A stretch of DNA of 64,000 bases from Octopus vulgaris (taxonomy: Eukaryota), in contig OX597830.1 in NCBI GenBank assembly GCA_951406725.2, positions 4,650,001 to 4,714,000 of the forward strand, written 5' to 3'. Within the stretch, counting starts at the first letter, position 1. Each line of letters starts with the position of its first letter. Under the pieces are notes generated by a model. The model was not told where the DNA came from. It did no database searches and worked only from the letters and a program-made list of their open reading frames with translations. Shown one piece after another: positions 63,605-64,000 of this stretch. The translations under genes and the position numbers were made by a program.

Positions 63605-63780
63605 GTGTGTGTGTGTGTAGTTAAGAAATTTGCTTTCAAATAACATAACTTCTGGTTCAGCCCCATTGTGTGACACCTTACACAAGTGCCTACAATTGTG
63701 CCACAATAGTTTCAGACTGAAGAACAAAACCCAGTGAGTGGATCTGGTAGACAGAACAGAAGCTGGTGGAAATGAAATGC
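63605..63780 (+). mobile_element. SINE family B head fragment
   Basis: gtgtagttaagaaatttgctt...tggttcagccccattgtgtgacacctt...gtgagtggatctggtagacagaac. Confidence 0.55.
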
Positions 63781-63800
63781 ATACAATGTATATATATATA

Positions 63801-63858
<58 letters not shown>

Positions 63859-64000
63859 TACACACACACACACACACACACATATAGATCATTATCATTT
63901 AGCATCTGTTTTCCATGGGTTTATATATATGTATGTGTGTATATATGTAAATATATGTGTGCGTATATATATGTATATATATGTATATATATATATATAT

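Overview
AT-rich, microsatellite-dense animal genomic DNA that is mostly intronic or intergenic. The repeat complement (RTE LINEs with (GAT)n tails, tRNA-derived SINEs, long TA/TG tracts) suggests an octopus or other coleoid cephalopod; this is an inference. Recognisable content: one young 5'-truncated RTE LINE (10647-12206, minus) plus older RTE fragments, a decayed mariner transposon (41674-42860), Tigger-like and piggyBac-like MITEs, and dozens of SINE copies, several with target-site duplications. The best host-gene signal is a plus-strand exon (59045-59234) encoding a signal peptide followed by YRWKT-G, which matches the start of THSD7A/B. A few weak minus-strand exon candidates lie at 2-15 kb. 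The most unusual structure is a nested fold-back element at 6955-7909: each inner arm carries a tRNA-derived Pol III head followed by a minimal hammerhead-ribozyme motif, and a third hammerhead lies in the outer arm, giving a Penelope/retrozyme-like design. Four more degenerate hammerhead-like motifs and two other fold-backs occur elsewhere. No single hammerhead copy here has a fully intact core and stems. Most ORFs in the supplied track are microsatellite artefacts. All calls were made by eye, and repeat boundaries are approximate.
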